In this document: positions 23,201 through 35,598 of the stretch, in pieces
Numbering within the stretch: position 1 is the first letter of the stretch
Layout: every line of letters begins with the position of its first letter
Source of the DNA: Tubiluchus corallicola
Taxonomy: Eukaryota; Animalia; Priapulida
Length of the DNA stretch: 64,000 nucleotides
Reading direction: 5' to 3'
Assembly: GCA_030141605.1 (NCBI GenBank)
Contig: JAQGDQ010000085.1
Span: forward strand, 619,442 to 683,441
The notes under the pieces: model-generated
Seen by the model: only the letters and a program-made list of their open reading frames with translations
What the model was told of the DNA's origin: nothing
The model's database searches: none
Made by a program: the position numbers and the translations under genes

Positions 23201-25066
23201 ATGACACCCTTGGCTATAACTTGATTTTAAAATACTGGGGAGATCGATTTGACGATATAACGAATAAATATATTTGGGCAGTGCTTCTACGCGACTACAG
23301 GTAATTAACCTCTACATGATTACAGGTAATTAACCCCTGTCTATATTAATCATGTAATTAATCCCTGTCTATATATGTACCTATATATGTATTTTCATTC
23401 GACCGATGATGACACAAGCAGGTATCGAAATATGTGTGGATTTTTTAGTATGTGTGCTGTATTTTGAATAAATTTTTGGGATTTTATAAATCATAAAATT
23501 CATTTTAATTTTATTAAACTTATTGTTTTTTTGGTGCAGTACTTTCAATGTATAAACATAACAATATTGAATGAATGCACACTTAATTCTGGTACAAACA
23601 TATTTATTGCTTGACTATCCCTGGTGCAGTGCGGTTTATTCATTACTCATGTCAGTTAATAACTGTAGGTATCATGTGTGACAGTCCAGACTGAATGTTT
23701 GTGACTAGTTATAATTTGACTATGCCTGGACCAGTGCGGTTAATCCAAAACTCATGTCAGTTAAAAACTGTAGATATTAGTTCATGTGTGACTGACCAGA
23801 CAGTCCAGACTGAGTGTTCGTGACTAATTATAACTTCACTATGCCTGGTCCAGTATGGTTTACTCTTGTATAACTGAGCAGTTCCCTTGTTCTCGAACAA
23901 TTCTAACTTTTTTAACCATGCCATTGTCTGAACTGCCACCACAGCTGTCTACCCTGCAAGTTGATTGACCAACACCTACTCACTGGGCAACGATGCTCAT
24001 AACAGACGGGAAAGCAAAAAAGAAAAGAAAGAATGCTTTTCAAACGAAAAGATCGAGAATGAGCTGTTTTGACGGGATTTGTGTCAAGTTCACGTGTTGT
24101 CGTACAATCACTGAGAAATGCTTGTAAATATTCAGCGTGAGAGGCTTTAGTATGCTTGAACTCATTCATAAATCTTTGCACAGTTAGAGTTATACATGTA
24201 ATGTGTTACTCTCTAACTCTGCACGTTGAAGAGAGTGTCAGGAAATAATCGCAAGAAAATACAAACGTACTTTTTAATATTTTATTATTCTAATATCTCC
24301 TGTTTGATGTGTTTGTGTTTTTTTAATCTTTCCCCTTCTTATTGTTACACACATTTCCATTGCCATTTCAAGGGTATGTCTATTAAGAAAAAACATGAAT
24401 CATGCGCTGCTCATTTATTATGGCAGTATCGGATATTATTATAAATTATTTTAATTTACTCAAAATTAATGCTGTGTCTCCTCATTTGTCGCTTTTTTAT
24501 TTATTTTCAGTTCCTCCTATATTACAGGGAACGCAGTGATTTCCTGACGCCCTTATATGTGCTATGAGCATGGTGAATGAAGCTGTCTAGGTTCTTTTAT
24601 AACTTCTACTTCAATAAAGCCACAGAATGTTAGGAACGGTGCTGGCTTGTATTTTGGTTCAAGATCATTGCAATAAGGTCGTTGTTATATACTGTTATTT
24701 GTATAAAAACTGGACAATGTTTTTACACGTATTTTACAGAAGAAAGCAGAGTAACAGGAAGTGTTAAGTCACTTCAGATCCCTTTATGATAAACTTCTTT
24801 TTCAACGCTTCCTTTTTTTATGACAGACACAAACAGCGACCTGGACAAAAAAGTTTCTCTTTTTGATGACTCCGAGAGTGAGGTGCATGCGGTGTGAATA
24901 GGATGTGTGGTCTTAAACGAGTCTGTTGTATTGGTTGTCGTGGTCATTTTTGTTATTGTTAAAATCAGTAATTGTTATTATCGATGCTGCTTCTGGTATA
25001 TAATATCATTGTATAATACTGGTCAAACATAATTATGCATGTAGAATAATAATAATTATTATTATA

Positions 25067-25099
<33 letters not shown>

Positions 25100-27355
25100 G
25101 CACCTGGCGGGATAAGTGCTTATATTACACGGTAACCGGATGACGCCATTTTCCGTTCAAAATGAAAGCGCCCAAGCATGAAATGATCGCGACTTTAAGT
25201 TAATTTTACTAATTACACGAGGCTCTTATCATAGTTTTACAAACTTTCTGACATTTTTCTCAAATGTTAAAATAAGCTCAACTCCCCTTCCCCTCCGAGA
25301 GAATTGGCGTTTCCTTTAATTTGCTCGATTTTTTTTTCTTTTGACAGTTTTATTGGCTGGAATAGTCCCAGAACGATTGAAAATCATTACGCAAAATTGC
25401 GCGTTTCCATAACAACCCTAATTTAATTAAAAGCGCTGAAAGCACCGGTATAATGCACCGACATTAGCTGTATTTTGATCGCCCTGCTTTCTGAGAGTGA
25501 TATTCAAATTGCCGGTAAATTATTTCGGGCGTTTTATCATCGCGCAATTTTTTTTCTGAGAGCGTTAGAAAATTTCTATTCAAATGCTGGTACCTGTAAT
25601 AATTTGCTATCGCCAGTTTTATCAAACACTGGCACCTGTAATATTTTGCTATCCTTAGTTTTGTCAGCAAAACGTTATACCTGGGCATGATACTTATTGA
25701 ATATTTTTTTGTATCTGTGAAATCACCGAGCCTATACTTGAATAGGTGTAAACAAAATGCTTGAAAGCACATTATAGGAATCTGCGATAGGAACTCAGGT
25801 GTTATGAAGTTTTTTTGTGCAACGCACTTCTAGCAACTGTTTGATTAAACTTTGCCCCTCCCAGTTTCGATTAAACTTTGCACACCACCTCCCGCCCAGT
25901 GTTTGAAGTGTGTTTTTTTAGATAAAGGCTCTGATGGTGAACAGAGCAAGAAACAGCTAGGTGGTTTGAGGGAGGGCTGTAAGGTCCCCTGTTGGAGTCC
26001 AAGGCTTACATATTTTGCCAAAGACAATCACAAGTTACTATGCAGTAAAATGAGTTAACTCGTTGTTTTTGCGCAGGACTTCTCAAGAAAAATGAGTTGC
26101 AGTATTGTTATTAGGTACAGCTCAATTTTTTTGACTGAAAGATGGAAATTGTGCTACTAACATGTGTTACGGACGTGCTTATAGCCGATTAAATGGTGAG
26201 AAAATTAAATATGCGACCCGGCGAGACATTGTTTTTCTTTGCGCGCAGGGTCTGTAACTTCTGCGACCCTAACAGACCCGGTGAACTTTAAGCACTGTCC
26301 CCCTCCACACGCGCACGCACGCACGCACACACACAATAAGCCAAATTTCTACTAGTGACATGCGGCAAAAAACTGCCTGCAAGAAATTGTTTGGAAAATT
26401 TTTCCGCACACGGTAACATTGGCATTAAGCAAACTGTATCATGGGTACCTACCTCAGCAAACAATTGCGTGTTATTAGTCTGACGCGTTTTTTGTGTGGC
26501 AGATTTTTGTACCGGACCCGCACGCAACAGCAGGATCATTTTGCCAGAAAACGAAGCACGTTTAATAAAAATCTGTGTGCGACAAAGTTGGATGTCAAAT
26601 ATCGACTCTGCAGACGAGCAAAAATCTGTCTCAGACAAGATGCTACAGACGGATTTTGTGTCGTATGCGCCTGTAACTATTTCTTTTTGTTGGTAGTGTT
26701 ACGGGGTGGAATGCCATTTATTTTCGACCCACAACTCTACATTGTGACGGTCTCATTGATAAGAAGCCATTGCGTAGTAGTGTTGAATATCAGGTATAAG
26801 ACTGTTGCTATCGAATGGCCTCGTCTGTTCTGTGGGCTGACATTCAGGTGCGTTTTCCACCTCAGCACCTGTTCCGTAATGGCAACCAGCATGGAGCACA
26901 ATGGATTAGATATCTGAGCAGTTACTTAGTTCTATAATTTCACGTTTAGTATTGCTTTTTTACGTTTTCTAATCTGCGGAACAGAAAGTACGCAATATGA
27001 GCAATTTTACTTATTCATATCATTGGGAACACCGGTTAGGAACCCTGCAAATAGGCAGTGAACATGTCTTTGCCGGTGTGCAATAATATTTTTTGCAAAC
27101 CAAAGGTAGTACATGTATCAGGTAAATATCATCCTGGCTAATGTTTTATTGCTGTTTTTTTATTAAAGTCCACAAAAGGTACTAATCGTTATACAAACTT
27201 TTCTGCACAGGTTCAAGGATTCACGTATTAGTGAATATAACCTTAATTAATGCCTTGTTACTAAAGCCGTGGGGAATCCCTCTATCAGCCTAACAGAGAA
27301 CATTTGGACATCATCATAAGAACACAACTTTTGTGATGATACAAAACTGGAAGTT

Positions 27356-27715
27356 GAAGATAGCAGAGATGGTCCTGACTGATCGTCAAGGGGAAGATAG
27401 CGAAGGTGGTCGTGACTTGTCGTCAAGTTGAAGATAGCAGAGATGGTCCTGACTGATCGTCAAGGGGAAGATAGTGGAGGTGGTCGTGACTTGTCGTCAA
27501 GTTGAAGATAGCAGAGATGGTCCTGACTGATCGTCAAGGGAAAGATAGCGGAGGTGGTCGTGACTTGTCGTCAAGTTGAAGATAGCAGAGATGGTCCTGA
27601 CTGATCGTCAAGGGAAAGATAGCAGAGGTGGTCGTGACTTGTCGTCAAGGGAAAGACAGCGGAGGTGGTCCTGACTGGTCGTCAAGGGGAAGATAGCGGA
27701 AGTGGTAATGACTTT
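27356..27715. repeat. 37-bp minisatellite, about 10 units with A/B alternation (74-bp higher order)
   Basis: Units start at 27356, 27393, 27430, 27467 and so on. A = GAAGATAGCAGAGATGGTCCTGACTGATCGTCAAGGG; B = GAAGATAGCGGAGGTGGTCGTGACTTGTCGTCAAGTT. Confidence 0.92.
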
Positions 27716-30700
27716 CTTTATCAAATGTTTTAGTACGTATTATAATAGTTTAGCAATACTACGCCTACATGTTCGTTTGCTGGAATTAATCAAAATACTG
27801 CACATAGGCAAAAGTCGCAAATTTACATCTGAGCTGTAATTGCCAAACATTAACGCAACACGTTAGTAACTTAAGTAACTTTTGAATTGCAGCTTCCTCT
27901 TCTTGCTGTGAGAAATTGCTTCGTCGCGAGGTGAGAGGCAACCAGTTTTTTAGCTCTACAATTGAGCTTATTAAGATTTTGCCATGGCTTATTGTTTTTT
28001 ATTCGCAAGGGCTAACGTCGCAGATCTAGGAGAACCCGTACCCCTTTTCATCATAATTTAAGCAACTAGTTCTCCTCTTTATTTATGTTAACTTGGGATA
28101 GAGGTCTTTCAAAGTAGTGTGGTGAACGGTGACATCTGTCAAAAGAATGTAAATTATGCTGGACATGGGTCACTTGTTTGAGTGTAATTCGACTTTCTTT
28201 TCATTTCTTATAGCACATATCCATTTTTGTGGATAACAAAAATTGTGCTAAATTATTGCTATGGAACGTGAGCTTTTCGGTTTTTTTATGAATTATAGTC
28301 AATTAATTTCTTTGCATTTCGCATGTTTTATTAGGTCTACCCTAAGAAAATTTATTCAATATTTTTACTCTATGTACTTTGTAAAGAAAGGGCTTGTTGC
28401 AACTGATCATGGAATAAACGGCCGACGTTATAATACAGAAAAACATTCACCCCCAATAATAAAAATCAACACATGATGTAATAACTACGTGAGTATAGCG
28501 TTACGTCAAAATATTAAAACGAGTCATAATTTGCTTTCTATTGGAGATTAACAAAACGGCTTTCAATAAAATGTTAAATTATGATTTGTGCAAAAATTGA
28601 AAAACTACCAACGACACTTATGGTAGTCGAGAAAGACTGAAACCAAGGCGATCAGGCAGCCAAATACTTGTGGGTAATCCGCTTCATGGCGGTTGCACGT
28701 ATTGTTATTTATTACCAACAACCTACTTAAATGTATAATCTTTTCCGCGTTTGTTTCCCTTATCACTGTATTAACATAAATTTCATGTGAATAAATTAAA
28801 ATCATTGAAATCGTTAAATTAGTACCTTGGCCTTCATAAAGCGGTTTACATTTCCTACACGCATGGCTAAACATCGACACGTGACCGAAATCGAATCGTA
28901 CTTTCACTATGCAGCAGTATGCCAGCGGGATGGGCTTTCATAACATGAATGAAAACTTTCTCAATGGCTTCAGCGATAAGGTGGCGGCTCTGATGTTATG
29001 GGACGGACGCCAATTACCAACCCTCGCCTTCGTGCTGTTTAAAAAATCCACCTATTAAATGGCTATTATGTAGGGGGATGGTATAAGCTTTATTGCTTCC
29101 GTTAAAAACAGGTGGTAACCGGGTGGTTCCAGCTTTTGCTTTTTTGCGTTGGCTAGTAATGGCGCCTCCTCGTATTGACTGGTTTGATCAGTTATTATAA
29201 TGCTACAATCTTTTTCCTGTTTTCCTGCTGTGAGCGAAACGGCGCATAATTGGAGTTTGAAACATAATGAAAGTAGCTTGATTTTTGCAAATCACGCACG
29301 TTACGTCTTTCTGTTTTTTCTTTGCCAGCATAATCACGCAATATTATAATTATCACAGCGGCAAGGATGTAACGAGAATTGTGTTTGCAATGTTATGATG
29401 AAACTTACACAGAGACTTTGTTTGGTATATTGAAAGCTACTGGTGTGCGTCAGGCACGTTCACAGAGGGAGGACTAGGGGGCTTGAGCCCCTACCCTTTT
29501 TGATCTTCATATCAAAAATGCCCTTTCAACCAAAACAAGAAACGGATTTTTAGAAAAGAACATCTTTATTCAGAAATTTCAAATGATAGGAACCCACTGG
29601 TTTCTTTTTGCAGGGCGCCCAAAAATTATGAATGTCTCTTTTTTTGTACGTTTGTTTACTACATCATTATGTATACTAGTTAGGCCATCGAAATTCTAAA
29701 ACGCAGGTATACAATCGCGTCTGGAAGCTGTTATTTTACGTTAACCTCGGCTTACTATTATTTTCTCACTTGATATTACATCGTGTGTAGTGTACTCTTT
29801 TCACGTGTGATATACACCTTCTGATTTAATTGGCCCTTATTGGTACATATAAAATAGTTGTACGATAGGATGGGGTATAAGGCCTCTTCCGGGGTAAAGC
29901 CCTCTCAGGATTTTTTACAGAAATGCCAAGATAGTATACTACATGTGTGGTATAGTGAAAGGTCGGATAAAAGCAGTTAAGAATTTATGCAAAATGACAA
30001 AAGACGAAAGAACCCCTCTCCCGGAGCTAAATAGTGTCTCATTTCTATTATCTAATTTGTAACGTACTAGTAATCATTTTTTATGTAGGTTTATCCGATT
30101 TAAAAAAAGAAGCACAAAAAACATTTATTCTTTTGAAAACCAAAGTTCATAAATTCAGTAATTGAAAATGGTAGGGAAGGGAAATTTTTATGATAGATTA
30201 ATTTATTTTGTTCATTCCGAAAACCAAGTGTTTTTGGCACAGTAGGTAAGATGTTTGTGCCCGAATGAAATGTTTTGGTATATTTGCTATATTTTACTAC
30301 TAATTTAACCATACATAGAAATGAAGTAGCTAGCAAACATAATATCTTGCAGACTGAAAGTATATTATTTGAACAACAGTTTGCAAAAAATTACAGGTCT
30401 ATGTATTAAATAATATGGAGATTGTGGGCTCTGAAATTTAAAGGGGGTCTTCTGCCACACCACTGCACATAGTTTTAAGGGAGTGTCCTTATTTTAGTTG
30501 AGCCCCTGCCAAAAGCACAAAAGGACAAAAAAGCTTGCCGTTTCGAAAGTTTGTGCACGTCACTGGTGTACGTTGACATGCATAATTTTTTTTTCGTTGC
30601 CGTTATCGTATATTCTTCGATACATACCGAGTTCAAATATGCCGAAATCCTTTGAAAATTTATCAGTTCTCAATTCGTAATATGTAATATTATTGTCAAA

Positions 30701-33075
30701 TAAACATTAAATATTTTACATTCACCATGGGCATAACATCAGTGAAATATATAACCATAAGCCCAAGTGTAATTCACGAGTAACGCTTTATTTTTTCAGA
30801 ATGTCACTTTGCTCCTGTGTACGAGATACATGTCTGTAAATAGCTCTACACGATTATACGAATAATTTTTTACATGCATATATTGTACAAAATAGGTTTT
30901 TAGAGCATGGATGAAATAACGTATTTACAATTTTGCTGCTTGAAAGTACGGGAGAATTATAAAAAAACATCTACAACTAAGTATCGGTTTCATTCAATTT
31001 CAGCATGAATATTGTCACAATTAAAATTAATTTACAACAGTTTAAATAGTGGGCTGACAAGGAATTCAAGAAAATGAAATCATCACATGTTTGAAAAACG
31101 ATGCTTCGTCGGAAGTGTTCAGTTTAAAGTTTTGTCCAAAGGTCAGGACTTTCTGTATTGAAAATAGGTGACAGTAGCAGACGCATTCTGCGTCATTGCA
31201 ATTTCTGCAGCCATTGCTGGCGACAGCGAGGGGTCATGGCAATCACAGACACATTTTTTACAAACGGACTTTCAGACTTTTAAATATAATTCTGAGCTGG
31301 TGTGAATTAATTGCACATTTTACCGAACAGGTGTGAATGAAGCTTTACTTGTTAATGATTTAAAAACAAGTAAATGAAACTTATTTTCGTGAACAATAAT
31401 CCTTCTATATGATTAATGTCATCTGCTTGTAGAGGAATTATTGACAGATCCTCTAAGTGTGAGTGCTCGACCTGATTGCATGGGCGTAATTCAGTTGTAT
31501 GGTTTTCTTGCTGTAAGCAGATTTTCTTGCCTAGACGTTGAAAACTCGTACTAAGTGCATTACAATAGTGTTACTAATGCACTAGGGATATGGGAAACAG
31601 CTGCTCTATTAAATTATAAGAGATTTTCATTTATCTTACTAATTGTTACCTGGAGGAAACCGTGCGAAGCTTTTCCAGGCTTGCCATGTGACGGTTTAAA
31701 GAAGCCAAATTGCCACAAAATTTTTTACGCTTTTAGGTGACTGGATATTGAGCTAGAAGATTTTTACCTTTTATTACCTTTTCTTGCACTGAATTAAAAG
31801 TGGAAATTGCATTTCAAACTGAAAAATATTAGACTAGATGCAGCGAGAAAAGAGAGTGTTAACTCTTAGCTTAAGTAGAATAATTTCAAACTTATGATAA
31901 TCTCTATTAGAAACCAATGAGGGAAAAGCTCACGAAACAGGTCCAGCACTTCATGCCTGACTGGAAACATTGGACGTAAAACAATAGGCCTAATTATAAA
32001 AATATATAACTTTCATCCTGTACAGGTAAAACAAAAGTTTTTTTACTATCCTTATCGTGTAATAATTTTACGAAAATGGGATTATGGTGACAAGCATAAA
32101 TCGTTAGATAAAAATTTTATATAGCCTATATAATGCTATAATGCTATATATATAGTGCAATGTGCTAGAACATATGTCTAGAGACCAAAACAAAGGATAT
32201 ATCATTTTGCTTACAAGCATATTTATCAAGTGAAAGAACCTTAATGAGGAACTGTTTTTAAAATAAAAAGCTAAAATGTGAGCACACCTTTAATTCTGGT
32301 GGTTCAAGGATACGGACAATTGGGGGCAAAACATGCGCACCAATGTGGACCAGGAACATGAAATGAGAGCAAAAATTATCATTGCTTGGCATTGGCAATG
32401 AAATTTTTGGCATTTCAGAAACACTCAATACGTTATTTTTAGAAAAACATATATGCAATGCACTGTTTTGTAAGAATGGACTGCTTTTCGTGGATGCAGT
32501 TATCATGATGCTCGATCTGTTGAAGCCTTGTGCAGTTGCCGGTGCCAAATCCCTACATGACTTTTTTACCATTAGGCAGTTGTTTTGGTGTGACGTTTTC
32601 TGTTCACATTTATCTTAGTGCGTAGTTGGCAATCTTGCCTAGTTGTGTCTGTAATGAATTACCGGGACATCTTTGAGACAACTGGGGACAATGTGTGGAC
32701 TTGGCGGTCGAAGTTATTTGTAGCATATGGATTACTACCAAGATTAGCTCGTTGAAGAAGAATGTGGCCAGCAGCATATTAGAAGAGTACATTGGATAGT
32801 GATGTAGGCGTCAATTCTATTACGACAGCTATAAACAGTACGCTTAGCTATTGAGTGCTGAATGCTAGATAGCCATTAACTTTCTTTCACTTTTCCCCAA
32901 TTCGCAATTATCACATAAGGCAGTTTCTTTTGTTTTGTTTATTCTTTATAAATATGTGAAAACATGGCAAGTCATTCTCACTTTGTTTGTAATGCCGTTT
33001 CACACGATTTTTGTTAAGTAGGCTACATGCTTTCTTTTGCCCTGCAGAAAACATTTACTTAGCATCTGTAACCAT

Positions 33076-33756
33076 TCAGCCACAAACTTCTTGTGACAAC
33101 GAAGAGCTTCTCCCTTGAACACTGACGCTCATGCGTCTCTGTGGCGAGCTTGCCACACTTGGCACAGTCAAGACGTCATCTTTTGCTCCTCGTTTCAGCA
33201 CACTGATCAGGCCTGTCTCCAACTTCGGTCTGCTCTCCTTCGATTCTTTCTCAGATTCTGGTGACTCTTTGGGACTCGTGTTTTTTTGTGTCGGACTCCT
33301 TCGCCGGAAACTGCCAATGATCCCTTGCAGTTGCACAGCGGCTATACTGTGGCGAGGCTCTTCCGTATCGGTGTTTGTCCGGATGATTCGTGGACTTTGC
33401 TTTCCACACCTCCAGTTCTCGAACAAATCACTAAACACCATCCGGCTTTCCTCATACGACTCCCGAACCGAAATCTCATGATACCCGTTACAACCTAACT
33501 CCAGTGACCGGCGACGCCCTTCTTCGGTGCTGACCATACGATCATCAATCTGATCAGTTTTATTTCCGACTAGAATGACAGGGTGCGCCACTACATTTCC
33601 GTAACTAAGTTTCCTGCGCCGGCGCAGGTGCGTGATGAGAAATTTTAGACGGGTGCACTCGTCAAAACTACATTTGTCCGTAACTGAGTACACAAGCAAA
33701 TAAGCATCAGCCCACCGTATGTTCTCTTCCAGTCTCAGATTAATGCTATCTGCATC
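33076..33756 (-). CDS. RERG: RERG/RASL11-family small GTPase, exon 3 (last coding exon)
   Basis: Phase-0 acceptor CTAG|GAT. Encodes IRWADAYLLVYSVTD, G4 ILVGNKTD, G5 EISVRE and a long S/R-rich tail to TGA at 33076. The symbol denotes family similarity, not proven orthology. Confidence 0.85.
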   Translation of the reverse strand, partial: DADSINLRLEENIRWADAYLLVYSVTDKCSFDECTRLKFLITHLRRRRKLSYGNVVAHPVILVGNKTDQIDDRMVSTEEGRRRSLELGCNGYHEISVRESYEESRMVFSDLFENWRCGKQSPRIIRTNTDTEEPRHSIAAVQLQGIIGSFRRRSPTQKNTSPKESPESEKESKESRPKLETGLISVLKRGAKDDVLTVPSVASSPQRRMSVSVQGRSSSLSQEVCG

Positions 33757-35103
33757 CTAGAACAAAAGAGAACGCATATAAGTTCAGAACCTGCATAAGC
33801 ACATTTTTTGTATTTACAGAAAATATCATTGTTGATGGTTTTCCCGTAAAGTCATTACATTTTTATACAAATCGCCCCAAACAAGGCCTTGGACACCATA
33901 GAAGTGGTGGCAAACTAAGCTTAATAAAACAACATTAGATTAAAACCCGTGTAAGAGCTCTGTGGAAAAGTTTAGATACGTTTGGATTTGAATCTCAGGA
34001 CTTTCTTGCTCTAACGTAAGGTCTCGACTTTGCAGACGACACTGACACCTTCATATTTCATGATAATGCCACCATCCGGAAGTTGCGTTAATGAGAAATA
34101 GCGAAAGTAGATGTATATAACAGTTTGAACGCGAGCAAAAAATATGCAAATCGGAAAAAAAGATGAAATGCATGTTCAAGTAGACAAAGAAACTCGGCGT
34201 GTGTGATCGTATGTGTGTGACGCGAGCGTGCGTGCGTTCGTGTAGAAATTCCTTATGGTAACGTTTTAAAAAACGAATTTTTGTTGGACTTTTAAATACA
34301 GTCGTGCAGCTTTCATGCAAAACGGTCGTGAAAGGGTTAACAGCTGTATACCGTTGCGTTCTGTTACAGTGGTCCTGAAAGGGTTAATTTATAGGGGAAT
34401 GAAATCTTACGTGTTCAAATTTATTGATACTTATTCGCTGGATTTTCCACGAACTTGCAAGCTAAGTGATTTATATGAAATTACAGTGATGGGCCCTGGA
34501 CAAAAAGTCGATCAGGAAAACCAAGCAGTTCAATAAAGCACGCTTAACTTGGTGTCTCCGTCTTATAGACTGAGGCTCACTGGAATTAAACACATAGTGC
34601 GAATCAGTTACCAGATCTTGAACTCTGAATTTTAGCGCCAACAACCGTCTGTATTTTAATTTTGCTGATTGACACATCACCAGTGCAGGAAGCACAAATG
34701 CAGAAAATACAAGGAATGTTTTTGCAAGATTACTGCACTGTTATTCTTGTTCTCTAAGTGGGGAAACCACACACGAGATGATCCGTCCACCCAAAAATAG
34801 CGTCTGCGATGCGACCAAACAATGTTTCCAGATGGAAACGTAATTCCAATGATTTAATTGTGCATGAACTTTGACTGTACAGCAACAGAGTAATAACTGT
34901 GACTTGTGAGCCTGTTCATCAACAACAGAAAGAGTTCCATCATCAAGAACAAGTTGACACTGATATGGTGATATGCCTGATTCTCATGCATGGTGCATGT
35001 AAGCAGTATTGCAGATCACCATAAGAATGACTGAGATGATAGCTAGTTCAACTATAACAGTAATGATAATGATGATGGCGGTGGCGGTGACGGTTACGAT
35101 GAC

Positions 35104-35139
<36 letters not shown>

Positions 35140-35467
35140 AACATAAGATGATGTTCTTGTAGCAAATGAATGCATGAACAGTTACCATGTATCCGCATCA
35201 TGCCTACAAAATTTATACTGGTGATAAAAATACAGGAAACACTGCTCAACTTATGTAATAATGTAGTAATAATGGGATGATTTATACTATTACGCAGTCT
35301 GTATAGTTGCCATTGGACTACATGTATATGTATATTTTCGTTTTAAGAATAAATTTAATTATAAGTAAAATATATATATATGACATTATTCCATGATGTC
35401 AATACACATTTTGCTATGTTATGAACAAACTTATGATTGCTAGTTTTCATATTAGTAAAGATCTTAC

Positions 35468-35598
35468 AGGTCCTGCTGTGTCTAGAATTTCGAAGCTGAT
35501 TGGTTCATCATCTATCTCTGTTCTGAAGCTGTAGATTTTTTCCAGAGTCGGATCATACTCCCCAATAAACCTTCTGGTGATAAAACGCACTGTGAGAG
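35468..35598 (-). CDS. RERG: RERG-like GTPase exon 2
   Basis: TTTTCAG acceptor and GTAAG donor. Encodes (A)[43 protein letters not shown]; phases 1 and 0 fit exons 1 and 3. Confidence 0.9.

Noticed and set aside
25100-27300. Possible non-autonomous DNA transposon or gene (ORF 26441-26917)
   Set aside because: No convincing TIR/TSD pair and no recognisable protein motif.
27356-27715. CRISPR-like 37-bp periodicity
   Set aside because: Units are contiguous with no unique spacers, there are no cas genes, and the context is eukaryotic.
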